Both the position numbers and the translations under genes were made by a program. A stretch of 64,000 nucleotides of DNA from Epithemia pelagica (lineage: Eukaryota; Protista; Bacillariophyta). Shown here one piece after another: positions 1-11,100 of this stretch. Under the pieces are notes generated by a model, which worked only from the letters and a program-made list of their open reading frames with translations, searched no databases and had not been told where the DNA came from. Location of the stretch: assembly GCA_946965045.2 (NCBI GenBank), contig OX337241.1:1364001-1428000 (forward strand), written 5' to 3'. Each line of letters begins with the position of its first letter. The stretch's first letter is position 1.

Positions 1-2421
1 TTCCCACTTCTTTTGCGTGAGTGTTTTCGACACTGCTGAAGCCGAGATGTGATGCACGCTACCTGCCCAGGCTCCTGGAGTTTTAGAGGGTGGACGACGC
101 TTCCGCGGGGCATCCTGAATACCGAGATATTGCAATCGAGACCCCAGACGTCTCGCGACTTGCCATGTATGTTCAGCAGACGATCCCACGGTTCGAAGGT
201 CGTCCATATATGTTACGACGTCACCAGCGATGTTGTTGAGCTTGGAATTCCACTTCATCACCCATGGAAGTGTGGGGGTATAATCGGCAGAACCTGGTAT
301 GTTGAAACGAACAGAATCAAACCCACATGGACTTGTTGGTTCTGACGGGGGTCCTTTAGCAATTTCTTCCGCAATGTAGTAGTGTCGCGCGGCGTGGAAG
401 GGGCTGGGCAACATGCCCATAAACAACCGATTCCAGCGAACAACGCGGGGTTTGGGAGCAAGTGATGTAACCAAATGTTCCCGTAACGGTCCAAGATCAA
501 CACCAGCAAAGGGACGTAGACGAATGTCCATTGGGAAATTGAGAAACATTTCGCCCAAGTCCATGTCACCACAGTAAGAATCACACGTCAAAAGGCGCAG
601 TGCAGACTCAGAAGATGGTAGCCAAAAATTGGGGGCCCACAATGATGCGTTGAGGCCACAACTTGTGCCATTGTAAACCATTCTAATATCATTTTCCCCT
701 TTGGGGACCGCAAAGTAGTCAGACATGCTATCAATGTGTGCGTCAACATCGAAGTAGCCACGACTTAGGACGGTCGAAAGTTTGCCGCCAACCTGTGCAA
801 GCAAATCGTTCGACGGAGGTCGTTGCTTCCGGTGGTATGAGGGGAGTGCGCCTGAAACATGGATAGGTGTCCCAAACCAAGCGTCAGTTTGTTGATCGAG
901 ACCATTCCAGCGCCAGAAGACGAGAGAAGAACCAGCGTCCCAATCCCACCACGTGCTGGCCAAGAGTTGGGAAAGAACTTGGCAACCAGCGGCGCGCACA
1001 ACGGGAGCGGATTGTAAGGAAAAATCAGTCTCCCCCCCCTGGAGTGTCGGCCCAGACACCAAAGAAAGCCATGCCATGCCAAAACGTAGACGTAAATAGC
1101 GCACAAAACTGCGATACAAGCGTCGACGCCACCAGCGGAGGGCAAGCAAGCGAAACCCAGCAAGAGCCCTATCCGAGATCCAAGGGAAAAGACCACGAAT
1201 TCGACCGTTCCAAATCCAAAAAGGAGCGACCGCATCATCCGATTTAACGGCAATATCCGAAATTTTGGTGTCATCTAACCATGCAACGTGAGGCAAAAAG
1301 GCGGACACAGAAGCTATGGGCGTGCCCAACACCCCATCTTGCGTACATTCCGACAAAGCCGATAGCCACCGACCGCGCTTGGCTGGACGCAGAGGCGACG
1401 GTGGGCCACCGTGTTTGGTACCAGCTGTGCTGAGATGATGGATCAGGACCGGCTCGAGGAAGGGGAGAGCAGTGTTCAAAACTTGTCCCGGGATCTTGAT
1501 GGGCATAAAACGAGGGGAAAGTACATTTTGCACCCACCAATCAAACGCCTCATCATTCTGCAATATCCACAAGGGGAGGTCGAAAGCAGCACCCAATTCT
1601 AAGGGAGTAAGCTTTCTCGTGCCCCATCCATTTGTATAGAAGCGAGTTTGAAACTTCACCGGCTTCTCCAGCTGACGAGTATGCAACAGATCATCACTGC
1701 CGTAAAAGGCCAACGACACGGAAGGCGGAGAACACGGTTCGGGACGAATCGAATGGGTCAGTATGGACCCAATGGTACGGCGAGAAGACAACTTGAAAAA
1801 CAAGGGAGACAAACCACGTCTCCCAACGTGAACCCGGGCGGTAGTGACGCCACCACACTGCTTGTGTGTGACGGCCAACCATTGAACTTTCGACAAATTG
1901 GGACGGGACCAGCCCGATGGAAGGAGAAGCAGGACAGGCCAACTAGAAGGGATGAGGACCAAGGATGAAGCTAGGAAATCCGGGTCGCCTTCCATCAAAA
2001 CAATCGAGATGATGCCACGGCCGAGTACCATGTCGATGCTGGGAACCAAATGTAGTTTGTCATGACAGTGAGCCAAGACGGCGCTCCAAAATGGGTCGGC
2101 CCGTCGGGCCTCATATTCCGCGGCCAGCATGTAGATACCATGCCAGTCTCCCACACTCAAGGCAAGACCCCATGAGAACCCTGATTGTCCAAGGATCAAG
2201 CACGAAAGATCACTGCGAAAGATTTTCGAGCCGCGATCAACCGGTCGAGCACAAGGACGCTTGGTTCGTATGGTAACGGATGCGGGAGGAGCTGAACGTT
2301 TGATACCAATCAACGTGGGGCCGGCAAGAGCACCACTGCTAAGGGAGGAAGCCATGCTACCTGCGTCTAAACCAGATGGGTCACATGAAACATCATCATC
2401 TAGTTTAGACGCGGCACACCG
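1..2421 (-). CDS. ORF2: reverse transcriptase-containing protein, open for 807 codons and truncated by the window edge (absent from the ORF track)
   Basis: I read this frame by hand and found no stop from 2421 to 1. First ATG is at 2355. YMDD is at 199-210, followed by RLQYLGIQDAPRKRR and PGAWAG. Confidence 0.88.
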
Positions 2422-4911
2422 TCACTTTTTGTCACCGCTTTGTCCATTGCGGCGCTGGGCTTGCTTCTTAAGTTCAGACACATCCTTCTTTACGGTGTCG
2501 ATAGAGCTGCTAGCAGTGTCAGATGCTTTCTTGGCGGCTGTTACATCTTTCACTAACTGACAGGACGTTTTCTTCAAACTTTCAACCTGATCCTCTAGTG
2601 TCTTCAAAGATTCGAAGCCCGAATTGGTAGATAAAAAGCGAATGTATTCGCTAGAAACCGACGGGTGATTTTTGAAACGGGCTTTGACGTATTCGGTCAT
2701 GACGTCATGCGTGCGTAGAACCCCATAGAGGATCCATGCACACTGCCCCGCACTGTCGGTAGTGGACAAGGAGGAGTAAACCTGAGCCCGCACCTTGTAC
2801 AAATCCATGAAGAAGCGGCAGACAACTTGCGTGACAAGGCTAAAAGCCTTACGGGTAGTAAACTTCGACTTGATAGTGAGTTCATTCATGGTCTCGTCAA
2901 AGTAAGTCACAAGTTCGCGACAACAACCAACCGAAACAGATAGCATCGACAGGGCTAAAGCCCGCGCCTCAGGTTCAGCAGACATCGTAGTTGCAATCTG
3001 CTCCCCAAACATCGAGTTCATGTTGCCCAAACGATTGAGGATTCTATCGCGCACTCCTGTTTCCGGAGCTTCCCAATCCGCAAACTCCTTCATTGCTGTA
3101 AGAAAGGAGGGGTCACGACCCGTACCAGGGAAGTCTTTGTATAACAACTGGGGGAATTCGTTCTTCATGGAATAGATGGCTCTGGCTTCGTTCGTTGTTG
3201 CAATCTGCATTTTGTGACGCTTCTCCATGGTTGTAAGCATGGAGAGAACGTCGCCATTTTCTTGGGGGGCACACCATTCCAATACTAGATTGAGATCAAA
3301 CAAGAGACCATATGCTTGAGATCCGAACTTGAGAGCCACCCAAGCCTTGCAATCATCAACCGATGTGACTCCAAGACTACCGAACTTGATGGCTGAAGTA
3401 TCTACTTTGCTTTGAAGGCGTTGCATGGATGAATTGGCGTCCTTGACGAGAGTTTGGAGATGCAAAACCTCGGCTTCCATTGCAATGAACTTCGGGTCTT
3501 TCGAAATATCAGAGCTGGGAGATGTGTCGTGTGACGGAGAAGCAAACATGGTTCGGTTCGCAACTCGATTCAACGCCATATCTTGGGCCTTCAACTTGCT
3601 TTCCAATTCCAGGATCTTCTCGATCGTTGAAGAATCGGACTCGATGGCTGACATCCTGCTGAGCAGGCCTTCAAAGCCCTTCACAAACTGGGAGCGGAGT
3701 TTGTCTACACTGTTCCGAGACTCGACTTGTGCGGTTGACAACTTGGATGACATTTCAGCCCGCACCCACGAAAAGAAAGATGCCACTGAGGATTCCACTC
3801 CAGCAAGTCGACTGTTCATAGCTTGTTGATTAGCTTCAGCTGTGGATGGAGATGTTTCCTGGATGCTCCTGATCATGGAAGAAATAATTCCCCAAAGAGT
3901 AGGGGCCTGGTATTCTTCTGGAAGCTCTTCTCGCGGTCCAATTTCCATCGAGAGTTGGTCAAACTTGATTCCAAGACCTTCAACAGCATCGCCCGTTTCC
4001 CGACCCATCTCCAATTGTTCCAGGTAAAGAGCCCTGATGATGTCACCCGCTTCCGTAACCGAATCTTCGATTTCACGGATTGCGTTGGGGATGATCGTGG
4101 AGTCCGATGAGACCTGACGGATAACTTCTTTGAATTCGCCAGACAAAATCTTGTGATGGGGAGAGAAATTCTCAACTAGAAAGGAGGTAGTTTTCGACTT
4201 GGCCTTCTGTAAAGTAAAAGGAGTGCGAAGCTTGTCCATGCTAGAGATTTTCTTTTCCGTTTCCTTGAGACTTGCATCCAAATTTCCTTCGTTTTTGACT
4301 TGATTTAAGCGTTTGATAGCGACGAATTTCTTCGTCCAGTCTTCCATAGAATGTTTCTCAGCTTGAATTTCTTCAAGAGTCGATTGAGAAATGTCTTCTA
4401 GAGGTACCACAGGGGTACAGAATGCGGAGGCTGGGTTCTTGGCAATGAATAGACCTCCAGTGGGCCCCAAATCGAAGGCAGGCAGTCCAGTTCCATGGTC
4501 CCCGGCTTTGGCGCACTTGGGGTCGATACAAAAGGTACTACCGCCTCGTTTGAGGCCCAAACACAACAACTTTTCAGCGCACTCACTTGTACGTAAGGCA
4601 ACCACTCCAAACTTACTTGCCGATGTCGAACGACTGAAGGTCGCCGAGGTAGAAGAAGGGAAAGTAGTGGAGTCCGAGACTTGCATCATATCTTCCGCAG
4701 ATTCCGTGGCAGAGGCAAAAGAGATCTGACCACGGTCCCCCCGTAGAGCCGACGTAGAAGAACGGGCGGCCCCAATGGCAGAGGGAGTGGCGATGGGCGC
4801 CTGAGCGACGAGCGAAGCGAGGACGGCATCCTCATCGTCAGCAGGAGGAGGCGGAGGAACAGACATGACCGAAAGCAAGCAACCGAGAGTAGGAGAGGGT
4901 GAGCGCAGCAA
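2422..4911 (-). CDS. ORF1 (Gag-equivalent) of the DIRS-like element; first ATG at 4866
   Basis: 829-codon ORF with an N-terminal C-x9-C-x4-C-x5-H motif (CLGLKRGGSTFCIDPKCAKAGDH), coiled-coil stretches and a C-terminal block LRTHDVMTEYVKARFKNHPSVSSEYIRFL. It lies directly upstream of the RT ORF. Confidence 0.75.
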   Translation of the reverse strand: MLRSPSPTLGCLLSVMSVPPPPPADDEDAVLASLVAQAPIATPSAIGAARSSTSALRGDRGQISFASATESAEDMMQVSDSTTFPSSTSATFSRSTSASKFGVVALRTSECAEKLLCLGLKRGGSTFCIDPKCAKAGDHGTGLPAFDLGPTGGLFIAKNPASAFCTPVVPLEDISQSTLEEIQAEKHSMEDWTKKFVAIKRLNQVKNEGNLDASLKETEKKISSMDKLRTPFTLQKAKSKTTSFLVENFSPHHKILSGEFKEVIRQVSSDSTIIPNAIREIEDSVTEAGDIIRALYLEQLEMGRETGDAVEGLGIKFDQLSMEIGPREELPEEYQAPTLWGIISSMIRSIQETSPSTAEANQQAMNSRLAGVESSVASFFSWVRAEMSSKLSTAQVESRNSVDKLRSQFVKGFEGLLSRMSAIESDSSTIEKILELESKLKAQDMALNRVANRTMFASPSHDTSPSSDISKDPKFIAMEAEVLHLQTLVKDANSSMQRLQSKVDTSAIKFGSLGVTSVDDCKAWVALKFGSQAYGLLFDLNLVLEWCAPQENGDVLSMLTTMEKRHKMQIATTNEARAIYSMKNEFPQLLYKDFPGTGRDPSFLTAMKEFADWEAPETGVRDRILNRLGNMNSMFGEQIATTMSAEPEARALALSMLSVSVGCCRELVTYFDETMNELTIKSKFTTRKAFSLVTQVVCRFFMDLYKVRAQVYSSLSTTDSAGQCAWILYGVLRTHDVMTEYVKARFKNHPSVSSEYIRFLSTNSGFESLKTLEDQVESLKKTSCQLVKDVTAAKKASDTASSSIDTVKKDVSELKKQAQRRNGQSGDKK

Positions 4912-6537
4912 AACCGAAGTTGGAGATTCAGCTCTTCAGAGAACTCAGAACAACGCCAAAGGTGATCAAGCCTTCGCCGTCGAACCGTAGGAAATCCAAA
5001 GAGTGAGAGCTCCTTCTCCCTCTTGTCTTGTTTGTTGCGTCTTTGGCTCAGTGGATCTGCTCGATGCTTGCGCTCCACTAGGGACCTCATTTTGGCGCAT
5101 TGTTGACCGGTTCCATATAAGCCAAGGCTCTTGAACGATCGAGTCCTTGGTTCACAAATGGTGGCACTTCAGAAATTGAATTGCAAGTGTTTTGTCGCAG
5201 TAGAGGTGATACACATACTTTCTCAAATTCGACTTCCGAATTGCACGCCTGTTCTTCCTCATTTATTTTCTGTTCGGTGGGCACGCGACATTCTCTGAGT
5301 CTCGCCCGGCTCTCTCTCTTCGGTCACAATGCGCAGGCTCCGTGACGTGGTCCAATCCCGCTTCTTGATCCCGCTTAAACTTTGATGTACATTGAGCTCC
5401 TATGAAGGTAGGCTCTTCATTGTTCATACTATACGAGTCCCATGGGTGAGGGAGTACAAAGCGTGTGGAAAGTGGAAATGTCGAAGTTGCAGCTGCCGCC
5501 GTCACAGCGGTTTTCATCTTCAACATCAAAACTTAGTCACAACGGGAAACGGGACACGGGACCCGCCGAACGTGCATGAGTCATGATTCATGATGTCAAA
5601 CGGACTCAGAACGCTAAGGAATCTCGTGATGCATTCTAAAAAGTTGAGATAGCGATAGGAGATCATGGATCATGCTCTATTGTATCGGAGATCATATGGA
5701 CCAATATGTATATGTTCTGGTGGCAATTAGCCATGGGGGCCGTATGAAAACCCAAGCAAAGGACAGGGCATCACGACGAGTATAGGTGATAATTGTCCTT
5801 TCACCGTAACATGCCTGATCATTGGGTGCTGTGTCATTGTGTCACCTCGGCATCTATCCCACGATCGGGGTTCATGCGGCGTTTGGACTCCATGCGGTGG
5901 TGCATTTACTCTCCCATCTTGCTGAGGCAGCAAACAGTAACCTTTAAGGTTTAGCATCTCTCTCAAGCTTGCAGAAAACTGACGACTTCATTGAAACGGG
6001 ATTTATATCATCGTCCCACACCACCAGACAAATAAAATGGAGTGCAGCGTTGCTAGCAACGGCCACCCTTCTGTTCGTGGGGGGATGGATATGTGGCATT
6101 TGCATCAGTGTTCCAACTTCAGCGTCGCTATCACAGAAAGTCAGTCCATGCAGGACAGATCGCTAGGCTATTGGATCACCCCCTCCTGTCTGTCATTGAG
6201 CAGGACCAGATCCTGTTCCCGCGCGACCTGACCGTTCTGCACTGCAAACATCGCACAATGAGGGTCGTGTGAATAAACTGTAGTTGGACAAGAAGACCGA
6301 TGCTGACACTATTCAGATAGCAAAATCTGAAGAAACGTCGACCGGACTTTGTGGAGTTCGAGTTCGCCTTACCGAAGGGGGCTCAAGTGAGGATGGGTTT
6401 TCTGCTCCAAGGTGTTGCTACAGAGGTCCTAGGAGGAATCTTTTTCTCGCCAAACGAAATGGCCTTTCAGTTACACACCCCATTAAATGGAGAGAGCAAA
6501 CATGTATCATCGAGTGCACAAAAATAGTTTGCTGTGA

Positions 6538-7971
6538 TCACCAATAGGCACGAAGAGTCTTGTACTTCTCTAGTCTCGCAATTTTGTTGTTCCCTTGAGC
6601 ACCAGTATTTCCATATGCCCCGACAGTGACAACTGCGACAGAGCTTTGCCACAGTACCATCCAATCCAGGATACTGGATGCCATTTTGGCGTGTTGAAAC
6701 AACCCGCGAACGTCGTCACTGAAACTATGGTCGCGTAGCTGATTGCTGGTTTCCTCTTGTTCTGAGTAGGAATGTAAAAATCGAACAGAGGTGTTACCAC
6801 AAAGGATTCGCAATTGTTGGGTCATGAGAACGGCCGTGGCTGGTGTGTCGGCGACAATCCACCAGTCACTAACATTGGGCACCGAAGCGTTGGTCATGAC
6901 AGTCTGGACAAAGTTACTCAAGACTGTTGGAAACTTGGTCCAGAGGTTTTTACCCAGCTGCAAGATTTCCGTGCGAATGTGAATAGCTCCATACGGGTAA
7001 CTTGTTTGCGACGGGTGCTGTCGCCCTATACTCAAATGTTCTTCTTTTCGTTCGACGAACAATTTGTGGGTCAAAGGAGAAGGTTGATACAAGGCATGCT
7101 GCATCCGTGATTTGAGTTCCGATAAGGGACATGCACCCATTTTTGCAGGAAAGACAATATGGTCAAACCATGCATTCCCCCAATTGGGTGACAACAATGG
7201 GTATGGCTCGTGTTCGGGTCGCCACTGCGCTATGTCCGCCCAAAAGGATGATTCTTCTCGGACAGCAGTGCTCGACTCTGTCACTGGTTTTCGAATCAAT
7301 TTCAGTTCTTCTGGTTTACCCTTCATCTCAAATCTATCCTTGTTGATGTTGGCAACTTGTGGTTGCGTTTTGTGGTTGGATAGAGTTGTTTCCACAAGGC
7401 GTTCCAAGTTGGGTTTATACCATTCGGCGGGCGATCCTGTGAACTCCCAGTCATAGCTTCCTCTCCACAAAAAGGTGCGCCATGTGAAATAGGGATCACG
7501 ATCATCCATCATTATCACGCAAGGTCTATCCAATGCGAGAGCGAAGATACAATGTAACGTCGTATGTTCCACAACACGGCCAAAGCCCTGTCCTCGATAG
7601 AATGCATAGTTGATCAAAGGTTTTGCCACTGTAGTTCTGTTCACGGAAGCAGATTCTCCGTCAAGTAGGATATTGCTGTTGCGGTAAGCTTGGTTCAGTC
7701 GATGAAATCGATCCATCCAAACGGAACAGGAAAACAGCTCCAAATCTGCGTCCGACGAAGGCAGAATTGATGAGAGATCATGTTGTTGTCGGGTCGTTCC
7801 AAAGGCAGAGCTGTTGGGTTCTCTAGTAGAACATGAGTTGGATTCCAACCACACTACAAATTTATTCAAAGGAAAGAACACGACAACAAGGACAAGAGCA
7901 AGGACAATCCCAAATACCGTTCGTAGTTTCGGCATCCTGGCCCCGGCATCGTCAAAACGACCAGTCCCCAT
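6538..7971 (-). CDS. Putative fucosyltransferase-like glycosyltransferase (type II membrane protein)
   Basis: N-terminal TM (VFGIVLALVLVVVFFPL), then motifs in the order seen in the alpha-1,2/1,6/O-fucosyltransferase superfamily: GQGFGRVV, GAIHIRTE, WWIVADTP, SILDWMVLWQS..VVTVGAYGNTG. Confidence 0.7.
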   Translation of the reverse strand: MGTGRFDDAGARMPKLRTVFGIVLALVLVVVFFPLNKFVVWLESNSCSTREPNSSAFGTTRQQHDLSSILPSSDADLELFSCSVWMDRFHRLNQAYRNSNILLDGESASVNRTTVAKPLINYAFYRGQGFGRVVEHTTLHCIFALALDRPCVIMMDDRDPYFTWRTFLWRGSYDWEFTGSPAEWYKPNLERLVETTLSNHKTQPQVANINKDRFEMKGKPEELKLIRKPVTESSTAVREESSFWADIAQWRPEHEPYPLLSPNWGNAWFDHIVFPAKMGACPLSELKSRMQHALYQPSPLTHKLFVERKEEHLSIGRQHPSQTSYPYGAIHIRTEILQLGKNLWTKFPTVLSNFVQTVMTNASVPNVSDWWIVADTPATAVLMTQQLRILCGNTSVRFLHSYSEQEETSNQLRDHSFSDDVRGLFQHAKMASSILDWMVLWQSSVAVVTVGAYGNTGAQGNNKIARLEKYKTLRAYW

Positions 7972-8188
7972 GTCTTTTTGTCTAGAGTATGGTTATTCTA
8001 GGTAGACTATCGTGCGTATTAGGGAGTAACGCACGAAAGGTGCTGGGGAGGGGTGCAGTTTTCTGAGGCAGCGATCTGATTGGTGCCTTTTCCCCCTCCA
8101 CTTTATCCTCCAACTGTCAACCAACCGTCGGAACAACACTAATAATTAGTCTAAAAAAATCCAATGGCGATCCAAATAGCTATAAAAA

Positions 8189-11100
8189 TTGCCTAAGTAC
8201 GACTATTCAATGTTTCAAAGTCGGTGGTCCCGGTCGGAAGGAATTCGGAACTTGCCGATTCCCCACCGAGTTCACCAGAAAATGCCAACAACAAAAATTC
8301 CCTCCTCAGCTCTCCAGAAAAACACACATCACGCAACTACGCTCATAATTGGAAAAACAAAACAAAAACTAAGAGGGATGGAAGAGGAAGAATCTAATAT
8401 GGGCTTTAATGCCCACAGTGGTGGTTTCTATGATGAGTCCAACCAAGCACCTAAAGACACTGCTCTAGAACCAACGCTCCCAAAAAAGAGTAACAAACGG
8501 CCGGCCCTCGATCCTTTCTTTTTTCGCTGCTACGTTCATTCTCAAGACGCCCGCAAAGTAGAAAAGGAATTGGATTCAACAGACAACAAGAGCAAGATGG
8601 GTATTCAAAGCCAAAAGCGCCAACCTGCCAACCAGGCAATCAAGCGCAAACCAGAATATCAGTTTGCCTGTTACCAAAATCAGAACCGAATGATTGGTGG
8701 TACAGGCGCCAACCCATTTGCATTTGAAGGTGTGGCTTTCGATCCTGTGAAGCACTGTGCCGTTTGCAACGCCGATGCGAATGGCCGCAAGAAACCTCAC
8801 CGCGGACACCACAAGCAATGTCCAAAAAACCGCAAGACCAAGGGAACCAAGAGCGACAACGACGTGAAGTTCGACGAAGCGGACAAAAAAGTCGCGGCTA
8901 ACAACAGTAAGCCCTTCAACGGCTTCAACATTTCGACTGCTCCCCCTCAAGTCCGCGAGTACGCACAGAAGATGGTGGCTCCTTTAAGGACAGACCACAC
9001 GAATCTCCATGATGCTGTCCGGGACGCCATGTCTGACCCCGAATTTGTTTCTTCGGCGACAGACAGGAAGTCAGGGGCTCCCCTTCCTATTATGGCAGTG
9101 GTACGCCACCTGGTTAACCACAAAGAAAAGAAGTGGTTCCAACCCAACACACTGGAATTCAAAATTCCTGTGGTTCGGTACGGACAAAACATCGACCCTC
9201 ACTATCATTCAGTCGAGGGACAGGTGATTCTGAATGTATGCTGGGAAGAACAATTTCCCGGACTAGAAATTGTGTGTCCTTCATGCTCTAAAGGCAAACT
9301 CCGTCGTGACCGGACAAACTTCTCTAAAAACAAGAGATTGTTCGCGATCTTCAAGCAGGGAGGAGCCCCTACTTGGGCAATCGTCATGACGTACAAGTGT
9401 ACGCATTGTTCATTGCGTTACGACGCAAACGACGGGCAATTGCTCATGGCCTTACCCATTCATGTCCGGAACGCGTATCCTGTGTATCCAAAATACGCAG
9501 ACAATACCATGTCGTTCCACTTGGATAAGCCGACATCACAAATCCTTGAAGGATTGATGTTGACTTACGGGAATGGTGACAAGGTTTCCCGGATGATTTA
9601 CGAAGGGATGACCTTGCAACACCTCGAAAAGTTCACGGCGTATTTGTCGGAGTGGAAAAGTCTATTGACCATGAAAGGGAATGAAGACGCTCCACCCCTC
9701 TACCCTGATCTGCATGGTGATTTTATTACCACCTGGCCACCCAGTGGTGACTCGTTACGAGACCTGTACGAGAGGGCTGCAATGTCCCGATGCAACCAGT
9801 ACGGAGTCTCGGACAAAGACCGCTGTACTCGAGAGATACAGTCCGTCACCACTACCAAGATGTTTGCTCAAGACCATACCATGGAACCGATCAAGAATTA
9901 CAAGAAATCCCTGGGGGCTCATGCAGTATGGGACTCCGCCACCGAGACCGGAGAAATTGCTACTGCTGTTTGTGTCCGAAACACAAAGACAGCTGAATTT
10001 GCTCACGCTGCGGAGGCCCTTGTACGTCGTCATGGATTTGAACCTGTGGTTATGTATAGTGATACATGGCCCAACAAGTTGAAATTTTGGAAACTATTAT
10101 TTGGTGACGATTTGAAAGGACGCCTTGGTCTATACCACTTTCAACAGCGTATCATAAAGACCATGCGTCAGGGTCATCACCTGTACCACAAGGCTCTAAA
10201 TGATCTCTTACAGTGTGTGTATGGATTCGATTCCAAATCATACAATACACTGCTGAAGAATCTGAAGAATGGCAAGATGGGTCGTGAGGGAATCCCATAT
10301 ACCAACCAAGAGATACTCGACATGCAGGAAGGAACGGAATTCCGTCGGCGTTTTGCCAAGTATCTCATGAAGGTGATCCACCCCCCTGAGGTCATACAAC
10401 ACAACCTTCAGAAGTGGTTCGACACTTACAAAGGTTGCGAGGACCCACGAACAGGAAAAAAACTTTTCACTGTTGATACAAAGACAGCAGTTACAGAGCA
10501 AATGAAGAATGCGGAGCACATTCAAGATACTCTTCCCCTGGCTGACGTATACCGCTCCGTTCCACCCACCGCAGCAACGAAGCACGACTGCCACGAGTAC
10601 TACTCACAGAGGTGTGAATCCAAAGTGGAAGCGTATCATGATCATCTGGCTCATTTCGCAAATTGCGGAATGAGAGTTGATCTATGTGACATTTTGAATC
10701 TTGTCGGAACAGCGAATTACAATGCAAAGATTCGCCACAGATTGCGTATGGCAGACGGTGCAAAAGGCTACGAATCGGTTCCACTTGGGTGGAAAACTCA
10801 TCCTGACTACTACAATCATTCCGATTTGATTGTAGCCAATGGATTGGCTGATGAAGTGAATTATCCATTTCTTCCCTTTGATTTTGCAAGACCCTTGCCG
10901 GAGGACAACGGTGAACGCTTTTTCGCGCATTACATGTTGGACCAGATTGAGCGGGATAGGAAATATCCCAAAAGCAATCTAACCGATCGATGTCAATGCC
11001 CGTCATGCGCCACGAATCCGACGCCACTGCCGCACGAGGTTGGAAAGAACTCGTTGGTTCCGTCCCATTCTCCTCCTACGTGTCAGGAATGCCCACCCCA

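Larger units (their letters stand above)
1..4911 (-). mobile_element. DIRS/Ngaro-like (tyrosine-recombinase class) retroelement, diatom type; 3' part lies outside the window
   Basis: Large ORF1 followed in frame by an ORF with a divergent RT (FAVPKG-DIRMVYNGT, DMDLGEMFLNFP, WNRLFMGMLPSP, YMDD). No LTR pair or copia/gypsy integrase is visible. RNase H and recombinase would lie left of base 1, so the class is inferred from RT style and ORF layout. Confidence 0.6.

Noticed and set aside
5969-6231. Short ORFs with one hydrophobic stretch
   Set aside because: Too short, with a non-ATG or ambiguous start and no recognisable domain.
8010-8036. 8-bp hairpin TCGTGCGT...ACGCACGA followed on the minus strand by CTAG, as a Helitron 3' end
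   Set aside because: The base after CTAG is A rather than T, no Rep/helicase or 5' TC end was found, and it lies in a short promoter region.
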